A stretch of DNA of 64,000 bases from Okamejei kenojei (Eukaryota): NCBI GenBank assembly GCA_035221665.1, contig CM069163.1, positions 11,904,001 to 11,968,000 on the forward strand. Reading direction: 5' to 3'. A program made the translations under genes and the position numbers. Each line of letters opens with the position of its first letter. The stretch's first letter is position 1. Below the pieces are notes generated by a model, which made no database searches, had not been told where the DNA came from, and saw nothing but the letters and a program-made list of their open reading frames with translations. Shown one piece after another: positions 13,666-25,829 of the stretch.

Positions 13666-13758
13666 CTGAAATTTCTGCAGCTGTGCTTTATGTATTGAGT
13701 CTCTTGCTTTAGCCAGTGCATTATCACGCTCTTCAATTTCTTGGTAAAGCTCCTTGAT
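13666..13758 (-). CDS. CDK5RAP2: Exon 12 (IKELYQEIEERDNALAKARDSIHKAQLQKFQ)
   Basis: 93 nt, phase 0/0, cag/gtaagt. Confidence 0.93.
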
Positions 13759-13853
13759 CTGATTTTAAACAGTGCAAATAAAGCAAAATATTTAAAATAT
13801 TATTAGCGAACCCAGACTATAGCATAAATTATTCACAGTAGAGTGACCCAGAC

Positions 13854-13973
13854 CTCTTTATCCTTAGTCTTCAGAGCCAAAGTCAGTCCTTGAATGGTTT
13901 TATCTCGTTTCAAACTATTCTGCTTCTCTGCAGCCAGCTCGTGGACCTTTTCATTAGCCTGTCCTTGAAGAGC
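13854..13973 (-). CDS. CDK5RAP2: Exon 11 (ALQGQANEKVHELAAEKQNSLKRDKTIQGLTLALKTKDKE)
   Basis: 120 nt, phase 0/0; matches EKKNSLKRDKAIQGLTMALK. Confidence 0.95.
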
Positions 13974-14127
13974 CTAAAAAAATAATTCAAGGGAAACCAA
14001 CATTAATCTGATGAATATTGGATTATGATCTACCTTCTTTACTCTCAGAAATTAATGTTTATTTAAATTTTCAAAGTTAATTTCTGCATAATCAAAAATT
14101 CTTCTGAGATAGACGGAGAAATTCTTA

Positions 14128-14425
14128 GGGCGGCACAGGCGGGCAGATAGTAGAGCTGCTGCTTCACAGTGCCACAGGATTTGATCTGGATTTCTGGTGC
14201 CATCTGTGTGGACTTTGCACATTCCCCGTGACTGCATAGTTTTCCTCCAGTTTCCCCCCCACATTCCAAAGACAGTGTGAGCTTCTATGTTAATTGCCCT
14301 CAAAATTGCCTTTAGTGTGAATGCAAAAGTGGGATAACATAAAACTAGTGCAAGCAGGTGATCATTGGTTGGGTGGACTCTGGGGGTGAGGGGCTTGCTT
14401 CCAACCTGTATCTTTGAATCAAAAA
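14128..14425 (+). mobile_element. tRNA-derived SINE
   Basis: gggcggcacag...gtagagctgctgcttcacag head, conserved core, LINE-like 3' tail. Confidence 0.7.
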
Positions 14426-14488
14426 ACAAAAGCACGTGTAAAACCAAAACATTTTTGCATCCTTTAGAAGAAACAAATGAATTTGTAC

Positions 14489-14623
14489 CTCATTTGCAGC
14501 ATCTGCTTCCTTTAGCTTTCCTTGCAAAGTACAGTTTGCAATTTCAGAAACTTCAAGGTCAGCTTTGAACTGCCTGGCTTCCACCTCTAACTGTCCCAGC
14601 CGCCTCTGTTTCTCAACCAGGTT
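14489..14623 (-). CDS. CDK5RAP2: Exon 10 (NLVEKQRRLGQLEVEARQ...EADAANE)
   Basis: 135 nt, phase 0/0, ttgcag acceptor after a poly-T tract, gtacaa donor; coiled coil. Confidence 0.85.
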
Positions 14624-15930
14624 CTGCAAGAGTTCACAAAAAAAAAAAAATGGTGGATTTGTCAGATTGGACCACAGTAGAAATAGATCAACTCAAATGG
14701 CAAAAGTCCAGAAGTTAAATTATGTATTATCTCTCCTGCATTGTTGCTCCAAGGTTTTTTTTCTTTGTCATGTATTTGTGGGTTTTCTGTATCGTCGCTT
14801 GAGATTCTTTCAAGAATATTTCCATTGTCAAGATACAATTGGATTTCGCTCAGCTTTGAAAAATTGCACTGATATGTTACAAGTGCGCTTCTCTGGAATA
14901 ATTTATGCAAGATGCTTATGGGATTAAAGATTGTATGTATATGGTCGTGATTTATATACTGTGCTGAGCCTTTATAGAAGTCTCAATGTATTTATTAATA
15001 GACCATTAGACAGACTGCACCCAGAAAGAAAATTAAAGGGAAATTGCTAATATACAGAGCAAGGTGAAGTCAAATTAAATGTAGGAGCTGATGCAGCAAC
15101 AGATGGGAGGAGAGTGGAGAAATATTGGGAAGGGGGTTTCCATGCAGAAGCATGGAGCCAAGATAACGCATATGTTAATGAAAACCAGAAAACAAAGCAG
15201 CAGAGAGACTGTAGCAACAATATTAGGCAGAAACTAGAAAGAGCAGATTAGGAGCAGCTGTTAGTGGTCGTTGACTTGTGACATGTGGGAGTTATCTAAA
15301 GATCTGTTTATCAGAATTCAGGACCAGTGTGTTCCAGTGAGGGAAAAAATAAAAACAATGGCAAGTTTCAGGAACATTGAAGGAAGGTAGATTGTACAAA
15401 TTTAATGAAAAAGAAACAAAGCATGCAAGGTTTAGGAAGTTGAAATCAGACAGGCCCCTTAAGGAATACAAAGAAAGCAAGAAGTAATTTAAACAGGGCA
15501 TTAGGATGGCCAAAAGATCCATGAAATGTCTGCAAGTTGAGGAAAATCCAAAGGCATTTTATCTACACATTAATAAGAGGGTAGCTAGGAAGGAGATAGG
15601 ATCACTCAATAGTACTTTATTGTCATGTGTACCCACGTCCAGTGAAAGTACAGTTCAGTGACACATTTGGCACAATCATGCTAAGTGCAAGCGTGTAAGA
15701 TAGTAGACCAGTCAGTCCACAAGAGTCATCACGTTTTAGGCACCATCCTGTAATCTCTAAGCCCGCCTTAACTTGGCCATAAAACCCAATTGTAGCGGCA
15801 GCAGCACTGGGTTGTCGAGATAAGGGAGAAAATTTATGACTGGAGCCAGAGAAAATAGGCGAGGTAATAAACGAATACTTTGAAGCAGTATTCACCAAGA
15901 AGGACAGAGGTTAGCAAGATCAGTGTAGGG

Positions 15931-16744
15931 CAGGGGTCGGCAACCTATGGCCCCTGGGCCGAATTCGGCCCACATGCGTATTTTTTTTCCGTAATCGTCC
16001 GGCCCACAGACTTCTTTATCTCCAGTACCTCCCGGGATGGAGGCCGCACCGCCCAGGCGCGGTGACGCAAGGACGCGCCGAGTGCCTAGTTCTGGCTGTA
16101 CCGCATTCTACGCAAGGTTGCCGGCATGGCCGCACACCTTCTGTGTCTGGGCTTCACTGTCGGATTCAGGGTTGTCAATAGACAGTAGACAATAGGTGCA
16201 GGAGTAGGCCATTTGGCCCTTCAAGCCAGCACCGCCATTCAATGTGATCATGGCTGATCATCCCCAATCAGTACCCGATTCCTGACTTCTCCATATCCCC
16301 TGACTCCGCTATTTTTAAGAGCCCTATCTAGCTTTCTCTTGAAAGCATCCACCGCCCTCTGAGGCAGAGAATTCCACAGACTCCCCACTCTCTGTGAAAA
16401 AAAAGTGTTTCCTCGTCTCCGTTCTAAATGGCTTACTCCTTATTCTTAAACTTAAACTGTGGCCCCTGGTTCTGGACTCCCCCAACATCGGGAACACGTT
16501 TCCTGCCTCTCGCGTGTCCAATAGGCCAGGGGCGAATGAGTATTTGAGCCAACGCAATGATCCGTAGGTACGCCATGTTCGTGAGCTGGGGGCCAGTGCT
16601 CCAGGTGGCGTCCTCGAAGTGAACACACGATTTGATGTCTGCCATCCAGGGCTGGATCCATGTGTACACGTGATAGATGTGGCCTGCCATCCGCCCACAG
16701 ACATGCGTCCTGGCCCCTATGCAGAACAAGGTTCTCGACCCCTG
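15931..16744. mobile_element. Non-autonomous hAT (Charlie-like) DNA transposon
   Basis: TIRs CAGGGGTCGGCAACCT / AGGTTCTCGACCCCTG; exact 8-bp TSD GTGTAGGG at 15923-15930 and 16745-16752. Confidence 0.88.
16177..16522 (-). mobile_element. CR1 3' fragment nested inside the hAT element
   Basis: Minus strand NVFPMLGESRTRGHSL...; tail caatagacagtagacaatagg. Confidence 0.8.
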
Positions 16745-18787
16745 GTGTAGGGTATATTAATAATCCAGGGCAAGTTGAGATCAACAGGGAGCTGGAGTCA
16801 TGTCTACAGGAGAACATTAAGATGTATGTGCCCCCAGGTCATTTTAGGATCAATCCCAGGTTGAGAGGTGCAACAGAGAAGAATGCTGGGGCCTTGATGG
16901 ATATCTATGCATTTTCTCTAGCTAAGGAGAGGTCCCAGAAGAATGGAAAGTGGTAAAAGTTGTTACTTTATTTAAGAAGGGCAACAGGGAAAATCCAGGA
17001 TGTTGTAGTTTGGTATATTTTAGTGGTAGGGAAGCTATTGGAGATTATTATTCCGGGTATGATTTACTCACATTTGGAAAAGCATGGAGCCTATTCGGAA
17101 TAGACAGCATTGCTATGTTTATGGCAGGTTGAACCTTACTAACTTGACTGAATTTTTATTTTAACATGGTGACAATGATTGATGAAGGTAGGGTGGTGGA
17201 TGTTGTCTACATGGACTTTAGTAGAGCAATTGACATCCCTCGTGGCAGGCTGATTCAGAAGATCAAAAATGCACAGGATTCACAGTATCTCAGTAGATCG
17301 GACTCAAGGTTGTCTTGTTCAGAGATGATAGAGGGTAGTTATTTTGACTGGAGGTTTGTAACCAGTTCCACAGGTTCAGTGCTGGGTCCTCCATTTGTGA
17401 TATGAATGAAGGATATTTTTTTAAATGTACAAAATAATTGGTGGAGTATGCATAGTGAAAATGGTTGTCAAAGGATACAGCGGGCTATAGATCAGTTGAA
17501 AATATGGATAGAGAAATGGCAGGTGGAGTACAATTTGGGTAAATGTTCAAATGCATGAGGAAAGTGTATAGTGAATGGCAGGACTTAACAGCATTAATGT
17601 ACAGAACAGGCCGAGGTTCATAATTCTCGGAAAGTGGCAACACAAATAGAAAGAGTGGCATACAGCATGCTTACCTTCATTGATCGGGGCATTGAATTCA
17701 AGTATCAAAAAGTTATGTTGCAGGTGTATAAATATATATATTGTTTTTTAAAGGTTCCAGTTAGGCCACATTTGGAGTATTTGTGTAGTTTTGCTCACTG
17801 CATTACATGAAGGATGAGTAGGGCTTGGAGAGTGTTACCAGGTACCTGGAATTAGTGTATTTGCTATAATTTAAGTTGGAAAAACTGAATTGTTTGCTTT
17901 GGAAATTTGGAGGCCAAGGAGAGACTCGATAGAACAATATAACATTATGAGACACAAATATCATATACATAAATATTTTCTCAGGATAGAAATATCATAC
18001 TAGAAGCCATAGCTTTAAGGTGAGGGGCATTTAAAAAGATATTGGATTTTTTGTTTTAAAAATATATATAAATATAGAGCTTTGGGTACCTTGATCATGC
18101 TGTTTGGGTTGGTGGTGGAAACAGACACAATGGTATTTAGAGGCATTTAGAACACAAGGGGAATGGAGGGATATAGATCATGTGTAGGTTAGTTTAATCT
18201 GGCATCACGAGTGCACACACATGGTGTGCTGAAGGGCCTGTTTTTATGCTATACTGTTCAGCAATTTAAAAGGGCAACAATGTTGCAAAGAAAAGCCAAT
18301 GACCAGAGACCGATACTCCCACACCAAACTCGAGTATTTTCATTGTTGGCCAAGGTAAAACAAGAACTAGATCAGACATATTTACATCTATTGCTGTAGA
18401 TATTCAAACATATGATCACTCTTCTCCAGATGCTTCATTTACCCCAAAGATCCAAAAGACAGGCTGGTAGGTTAGGTGGCTCCTACAAATTACCTTAGTC
18501 TAGGTTAAATGGCAAAAAAGATAATCAAAGGGGGGTGGATGTGCATGAACAAATAAATTGCAGGGGTACAGGGAGAAAGAGGTGGAGACTAAATTGATTA
18601 TTGATCATATTTGCTTATGAAATGGGATGTTTCAGTCCATTACTGCTCACACGGTACTCCCAACCCATCCCCGCTAACTTTCCCTGCTATATCCTCCCCA
18701 TGTACCCCACATTCTACCAACCTATATCATACAACACACCAAGGTTAGTTTTAGTTCAAATACACACGTCTAACAATACTTAACTAC

Positions 18788-19843
18788 CTCGGGTTTGAAA
18801 GAAGAGTCGTGTTCTTGCGCTGCCCATACTTCTTGCTCGGACGTTGCACTATCAAAGTTATCGCTTTCCTGCAAATCTACTGCAAAGCTGTATCTCTGCA
18901 AAGGTCTCCTTGCACAAAATGCCACACGCCTTGGTATCTTGCTTTTTGAGAAAAATGCCACTGGTTTGTACTCAACATACTTAATTTCCTGAATTGCATT
19001 TGCAATGTAATGTCTCAACGAGGGAGAGTCTTCAGTCAAATCTTTGTGGTTAAGTGTGGATTTCAGCTGAAATGTTTCAGGTTTTTCAATTTTCCAATCA
19101 ATCCTGGTGGAATTTAATAATGGTGTGCTTGCAGTTTCCAGGTTGCTGGTGCAAAGGCGATTGGCCAGCTTCCCCACAGGAGTCGGACTTCTTGATACTA
19201 AATCGAAGCACAAACTCTGTGACTGGCTTCGTGAGCCTGCATTTCCTGTTAGGCCTCCCTGCGTGGCCCATCTGGGGGTGGAACACACCAAGTCACAGAA
19301 TAAATCAGCTACTTTCACCGAGTCAGAACAGAGGCACAGTCTCTTCTTGTGTCCTCTGGAGAAAGACCGCCAGCAGTTTGAGCAGCCCAAGATTTCCTTG
19401 CTGCTCGGTTGCGGCTTCCAAAATTCAGATAAAATAGATTCATCCTGGAGAAGCAAGCTGTACTGCAAAGAGGGTGGATTTTCAATTTCAGGGGAGAGAC
19501 TTACTTCCTTATTACAAGTTCCTTTGGAACTGTCATTATACCTGAAGTACAAGTGCACAATACATTGAATTAGCTGGTCTTTCTCTGCTGTCAACATCTG
19601 TAGCCTCTCGCTGGAAACAGTTTTAACACGAGCAATAACGATATCATATTTGATTACCTTCTCCAATATGAAGGCACATTTACTACACAAGAACTCTCCT
19701 TGGCCATCACGCCGAATAGTGTAACCCAATATATAGGAGAGAACAATTTGTAATCTTCTTTTGCTACAGGTGTTGAAAATCCAGCGACGTTGATTACCTT
19801 GCAGATTGTTGCAACATATTCGACAAAGGCCCTTCATATCCAT
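18788..19843 (-). CDS. CDK5RAP2: Alternative first coding exon (352 codons), homologous to the myomegalin MMG8/EB-MMG N-terminal exon; CxxC...CxxC domain and SKIP EB1-binding motif
   Basis: Intact ORF MDMKGLCRICCNNLQGNQRRWIF...RDGQGEFLCSKCAFILEK...ERLQMLTAEKDQL; SKIP at 18932-18943; phase-0 donor GAG|gtagtt at 18788/18787. Confidence 0.9.
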
Positions 19844-19989
19844 TGATGTCCAACCTTTTTAAAAGCACAAAATCTGCTCAGCAGAAGACTGATCAGCACA
19901 CTGATGTAACTGATGAACAGTTGAAAGCCCCTTTAGTTGCGTTTTACAATTCCCTGTCCTCATGAATTCCAAAAACAAAGGAAAGCTGC

Positions 19990-20700
19990 ATCAAGAGTTG
20001 CTATGGTGATCATCGGCGGTTTCCAAGGGACGAGGCAGCACAATTTTTTTCCCACAAACTTCTCAAACAAAAACCATTGTTTGGCAATATTTGAAAGTCA
20101 CCTCTTTTACTGGGTTGAACTTAAGGATTAAATCCAATTACCATCCTGTGAGAAATTCTTCCTCATTTCAATAATGATACAGACACAAGCCGACAAATAT
20201 ACAAGCAGTGGCCGTTAATCTAGTGGCATTGCAAGCTGCTGTTTTCCTACCGAAAAAGGTTTCTTCATTGAATGTAGACCACAGCCTGCAACTGAAAGTA
20301 CTGGTGCGCCCAGAACTCCCCATCACTTTGCTTTACAAAAAGCCGAAATGAGATGATAAACCATGATCACCATTTCCTGAAGAGCTTTTACCACTTCTAT
20401 GATCCAACACAGATTCCAAAATCGAACTTATTCCACTCTTCCATTAGATACACGGCTCTCTCTTTCCTCAGCACACGATTACAAAATATTTCAGGAAGTA
20501 CAAGCTAAGCAGTGTAATAGTTGCTGCTGTCTGCAGCTTGCACGGAACGTCTGACTTTTTTTTTGCCACGTGAACTTTCAAAATGACGTCTTGTGGAGCT
20601 AGGCCTCCTTCCTATTTCACCCGTCGAGTGACTGTACGCTTAATTTAGAAAAACTACCAGTTTCCTGTTTGTGACTTCCACAGTGAGCACATTCTAAAGC
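19990..20700 (-). promoter_or_regulatory. Candidate internal promoter / 5' UTR of the alternative first exon
   Basis: Repeat-free region upstream of the ATG at 19843 with locally retained CpGs; E-box CACGTG (20567-20572), CRE-like TGACGTC (20584-20590), X-box-like GTTGCTATGGTGAT (~19997-20010). Confidence 0.45.
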
Positions 20701-23383
20701 ACATGCAATAGAAAAGGCGATATGGAATACAACTAGTGTCAATATACTACCAATTTTTCAAAATCAGTTTAAATAAAGTTAAAGCCGTCTAGGAAGATAA
20801 AAAAATAGAAACTAGTAACTTTCAGCAGATTCCAAATATCTATTAATATTGCTTCCAATGTTCAACTACAGCCCACGAATCCAATTGCACAGAGGTATTC
20901 TGCCTTCCAATCCAAATTGAACAGTTTTGTCTGCTTTCTCTCTGTGGTCTTCAAGAATCAGTCATGCTCTTATATTAGAGGCAGCAGTACGATATAAAGG
21001 GTACACACAGCCTGCCAGATTGAGAAGTTTACTCTGGTCATTTCATCACAAGTACAAAGCCAACTACAGATCGCCTACCATCTTCAAACAAAGTAATTAG
21101 TCAAGCAGCTCCTTGCAGTTACAAGAGGGGCTTGCTGCTTTGCTTAACTGGAAATAGATTACACAAACCACTTGGAGGTTGTCACGTACAGATCAGGTCA
21201 GAAAAATCTTTCTGAACTATGACCAATCCAAAACACAAAGCCTTGCGTTTTAAAACAAGTTTCAATATTCCCCTATGACAGAGATTGGCCTGGCACAGTC
21301 TTGTATTAAAACAGCAAGAGTTCACTTACAACATAAAGCAAGTGGTAAAATAGTAAAAACTGACCCAACTTGCAAATATTATCTAGAGTTAAGTAGTTTT
21401 GCTGCGTAATTATAAACAGCCAAATTTAAAATACTATTCCTACAAAGAAGTGATAAAGAGGATGCACAAATCTTGAATGCAGACTTGGGAACAAAAATAT
21501 ATAAATCACATTGGGGTTTGCACCGACACCACCCAAACATTTGACCTAGCTTTTGTTTTAGTTAAGTTCCCATATGTACGGAAAATGACAGATCCTCAAA
21601 GCTAATATGGGAAATTTAACAATTATTCCTCACCAACCCAATTTCTAAAATCACTCAATGCAAATAGAAAAGGGTAGAATTAACATGATAAAAATGCTAC
21701 AATTAGTTGTAGGTCATAGGTCTATGTTTCTTAGCAAATGCCAGGAATATTAAGTGCTTTCCCATCCAGAGAGTTTACTTAATCAACTGCATTCACGTCC
21801 CAGTGTTCCACACAATACAATTTTATGGAAACATGAAAGCAGAAGGCCCATCACCTTACTGCTTCACCATTCCACAATTTAACTTTCATATCAGTGCCAT
21901 TTCCCTATATTGATCATGTCCCTCAATTCCCATAAATATGCAAAGTCTACCAAGCTATGGTTTAAATATATTCAGACAGAAAGCCACTATAATCCACTTG
22001 GAAGACAATTCCAAATATTTAACTACTGTGCTGTATTATTCTATGACTCTACCTTCTGGATAAAGGGACATCTTCACAACTCAGACATAAATGGTCAAAC
22101 TATTACTTTTAGAGAATAACCTCTTACCTATATGCCCCAACTAGAGGAAAGATCGACCTCAATGTCTACCATGTAAGGATTGTGTGCTGAAGAGCATAGA
22201 TCCAACGTGTTAAAATCCCTTCTGATGATAATCCCTTAATCCAAGGGGCCAACTGGTCTGCACTAAATAACTTCCCCTTTCTTTTCATTTTTATCATTGT
22301 CTCACTGAAGTCCTTTACTCAAAATCTACAGGTACCATATTCATTGGTTACTGCATACTTTAGCACTCGCAAATCTGTACTTTAACAAAACTCACAAATT
22401 CATATTCCTGGGCACCTCAACTTCCAGCTGACCCATTTACCCAGCTCTATTTACCCAAGTATAAGAAGCTGATTTAATGATAATCAATGAAGCAATGTGT
22501 CAATTCCATACATTTTGCATGGAGTCTTCCATAGAAAATATCCCATCACATTTTAGCTGCATCACATCTGTCAATAATCCAGCTTCCACTGAGCAACAGC
22601 CTCGAGCATTGAACAAATATCACTGGGAAAATAAACGTGTCCTCAACCCTCAGTACAAGGCAACATAGAGACTAGTTGGAACAGACTCAAATTCATTTAT
22701 CGAACCCAGAGCTTTCAAGATTCTTAAACTGAATGTTCAGCGGATCATGAAAAAAAACAGTTGATTCTGAAAAACAGATAGTCAACAAAAAACAATTCTG
22801 GAAATGCTCGGATAGGCAGCTTGTTATCACCGGCCTAGGTGTAAACTGTACACCTAGAATACATTCAGCCACATCACTGCGAGGGTGTCTGTGGTGGTTA
22901 AAGGGAAAGTGACTTCTCTCATTGACAAGTTCATGAAGGGTCCCGTTTGAGAAATGAAGTAGTAAAAAAAAAAAAATTACAGTCATTACCCAGATCACAG
23001 CATGTACACAGAGGGAAAAGGCATCAACCTTTTAAAAAGGCATAGGCACTGCATAAAAGTAATCGACTTAAAATATTGATAATTCTTCTCCACAAATACG
23101 ACCTCCCGGGATATTATTAACATTTTGTTTTTATTGAATGTCAAATCCCATGGTCAAACAATTACACGCAACTAGATTTAAAAGTGGAGCAAAACACGCA
23201 GAAGACCTAATCTGAGCAGAGACATAAGATGTGCAGAAATAACACTCGGGTGAAGACAGAAATCAAATCACAAACCTACCAAATTACTGGAAAGCATGAA
23301 TAATCTGGATGAACTCAACTTCAAATACATATTACAAAATGAATTCCATTTACATCCAATACTGAACACAAAAGGAAAATTAC

Positions 23384-23437
23384 CCGAATTTCCTTTTCAA
23401 AGCGATTTCTCTCATTTGCAAGTTCATGTCGAAGTGC
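23384..23437 (-). CDS. CDK5RAP2: CDK5RAP2 exon 9 (ALRHELANERNRFEKEIR)
   Basis: 54 nt, phase 0/0, ccttcccttctcacacag acceptor, gtaatt donor; resembles human AAQMEHQKERNSFEERIQ. Not in the ORF track. Confidence 0.88.
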
Positions 23438-25049
23438 CTGTGTGAGAAGGGAAGGTATAAATTAGAATGGCAACTAAATCAATCCACATTTAAGTCACAA
23501 ATGTTTCATCAACCTTAATTATTTAACTGTTCCTACAAAGGAAAGACAGTTTTTCTCAGTGTACTGCTGCTATGGATACTTGGCCCTCAATAATTTGATA
23601 ACACGTTTGGATAAAACTTCTGTGGTTCACGCATTTATTCACACATTTTTTTCATTTGGTAGTACAAAGTGCATACGTGCACTGTTTGGATTCCAGACTT
23701 TATTTTCCTCCACTGGCAATGGAGAAAGCAAAGGACAGAAAGGTTGGCATGGGAATGGGACAGGAAAATCGTTAGTGTGTAGTAATTGTTCTGTGCAGAC
23801 TTGAGCACAAGTGCCATAGGCTGGAGTGATAGGCAAAACCCAATTGATGACTCCCACATAGACCACAACAACATACATTAGATATGGGTGGTGGCTCTGC
23901 CAAAAGAGTACAAGCAGTAATTAAATGAGTACAAGCAGTAGCCCAAATTAAGACAGAACTATAAAGAGTCTCTGGGTACCATCCAAATTGGCGGAAGGAA
24001 TATTTTCAGAAGAGCTGAGCAGGTTCTGGTCAAGAGAGACTTATAAATATAAACAAATGACAGCAATAAGACAGGCATTTCAGACTGGGTAATGCTGCCA
24101 GAGTATGAAGAAGGAACAGTGCATCTATACATTTGAGTGTATTCAATTAGAATTGTGAAAACAGTGCATAACATAAATATACTTCAACTCCCTACAGACA
24201 ATTATAGTCATGTATAGCATTGTATAAAACAGGAAATTAGCTGTGCATGAAACAAGGATAATGAAATCATGACAGACTTTAATCTAGACAAACCATTTAC
24301 CATACTATTACGAATAATTCACGTACCGGCAACCCTTGTTTTATGATAGGGGTGGAGGTAAAGTAGGAGGTAGTTTTCTTGGTAAACCATCTTTACTACT
24401 ATATTCCGTTAAGCAAAGCCATACCTATGCATGCATCATGAAACGCGACTTGTAAAAAAAACTCAGGAACAGCAGGCCATGATCCAATGCCATCCAGAAT
24501 GCACCTTTTCCATTTTGAGTGTCATGGTCCAGAAATCTCTAAAATTTAGTGGGGATGTTATAACTTATTTTTAATATAAAAAGAGACTACAGAACATCCT
24601 GAAATAATAATTTCTTCTATCCAGCTGATAATCTCTTGTAGTGTGAATTGCTAAATATCAGGCCCCTTTTGAAGAGAGGTATCTCGAAAATCCTAAAATG
24701 CCAATAGACAAGTTTGACGTAGGAGATGCCAGCTTGGGAGAGAGCACTGACGTTGGTTCAATGATCCTGCCAATGGATTTGTGGAATTCTGCACAGAGAG
24801 AGCTTTGCTGGAACCGTTCCAGTACTGACGTTCCTTCTGTTTGTAATATGTTTCAGGAATGTTCAGGAGGGTAGAGAAATCATTGGATCCAGGACTAACG
24901 ACTCAGCTTCAGCAGGCAATAACAGAGTTACATTTCTTATGATGAATGTAACCAAAATTCTGAGTAGGTTCCAAATGACTTGACCAGTTTATCATCAACA
25001 CTAACCTTTTTTTGGGTGGCATGGATAAAAATAGAATTGGTTAGGACTA

Positions 25050-25280
25050 GGGGTAGGGTGGCACAATGCCAGAGATGGCCCTTTATAGCACCAGAGACTA
25101 AGTGTGCTGCCTGTACATTCTCCGTGACCGCGTGGGTTTTCTCCGGGTTCTCCGGTCTCCTTCCACACTGCAAAGACCTACAGGTTTGTAGGCTAATTGG
25201 CTATTGTAAATTGTCCCTACTGTGTAGAGTAGTGCTAGTGTACAGGGTGATCGCTGGTGGGCGAGGACTCTGCGGGCCAA
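25050..25280 (+). mobile_element. tRNA-derived SINE
   Basis: ttctccgtgaccgcgtgggttttctccggg...gtttgtaggctaattggc core. Confidence 0.7.
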
Positions 25281-25829
25281 AGGAGATTGCTTTGTGTGAT
25301 GGACTTGGCGGTCTTGACAATTCTCGGTATTGCAATATCAAGCTGCGGATGAGATGCTATCTTTGGCACAAAAAACTGGAAGAGTTATTGGAGATGTGCT
25401 GTATTTATCTGGCCTTCTGGCGAAGTAGAGGAATTGCTGTGCCTTCTTGACTTGAAGGGATCACGTTAGAAACAAACGTGGGCTGATCTCAACTAAGGGA
25501 GAATTGTAGAATGTACATTTTTAGGAAGGACAAAAACCTTGAAGAAATCAGTTCATTCAGTTTAGCAGCAGTTTTTGCACTATAACTTTCAAAGAACCTG
25601 AAAAAAAAAGGCAAGGATTTGTAGTCTGGGCTCATTGAAAGAATCATTTCAGAAAGAGACAAAAAAAGACTGCTAGGCAATAAAATTCTGATTGAAGTTG
25701 CTGAGTTGAAGCAAAAAAGATTTTAAAAGGAAAAAAAGTAAATGGCACACTGGAGCTCTCGTATTACAAATAATGGCATTAAACACAAAGGCTACAGAAA
25801 GCAATAAGAATAAAATAAGTGGTACTTAC

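Larger units (their letters stand above)
15200..18260 (+). mobile_element. Degenerate CR1 LINE interrupted by a hAT element
   Basis: RT remnants (VDVVYMDFSRAID, GSVLGP) continue on both sides of the 15931-16744 insertion. Confidence 0.75.

Noticed and set aside
18770-19843. Treating the 357-aa ORF as an independent single-exon gene or retrocopy
   Set aside because: It has a phase-compatible donor five codons before the stop, lies at the position equivalent to the myomegalin alternative exon, and shows no poly-A tail or TSD.
24660-24940. Stop-poor unique stretch in intron 8
   Set aside because: No convincing splice-site pair or similarity to the protein family.
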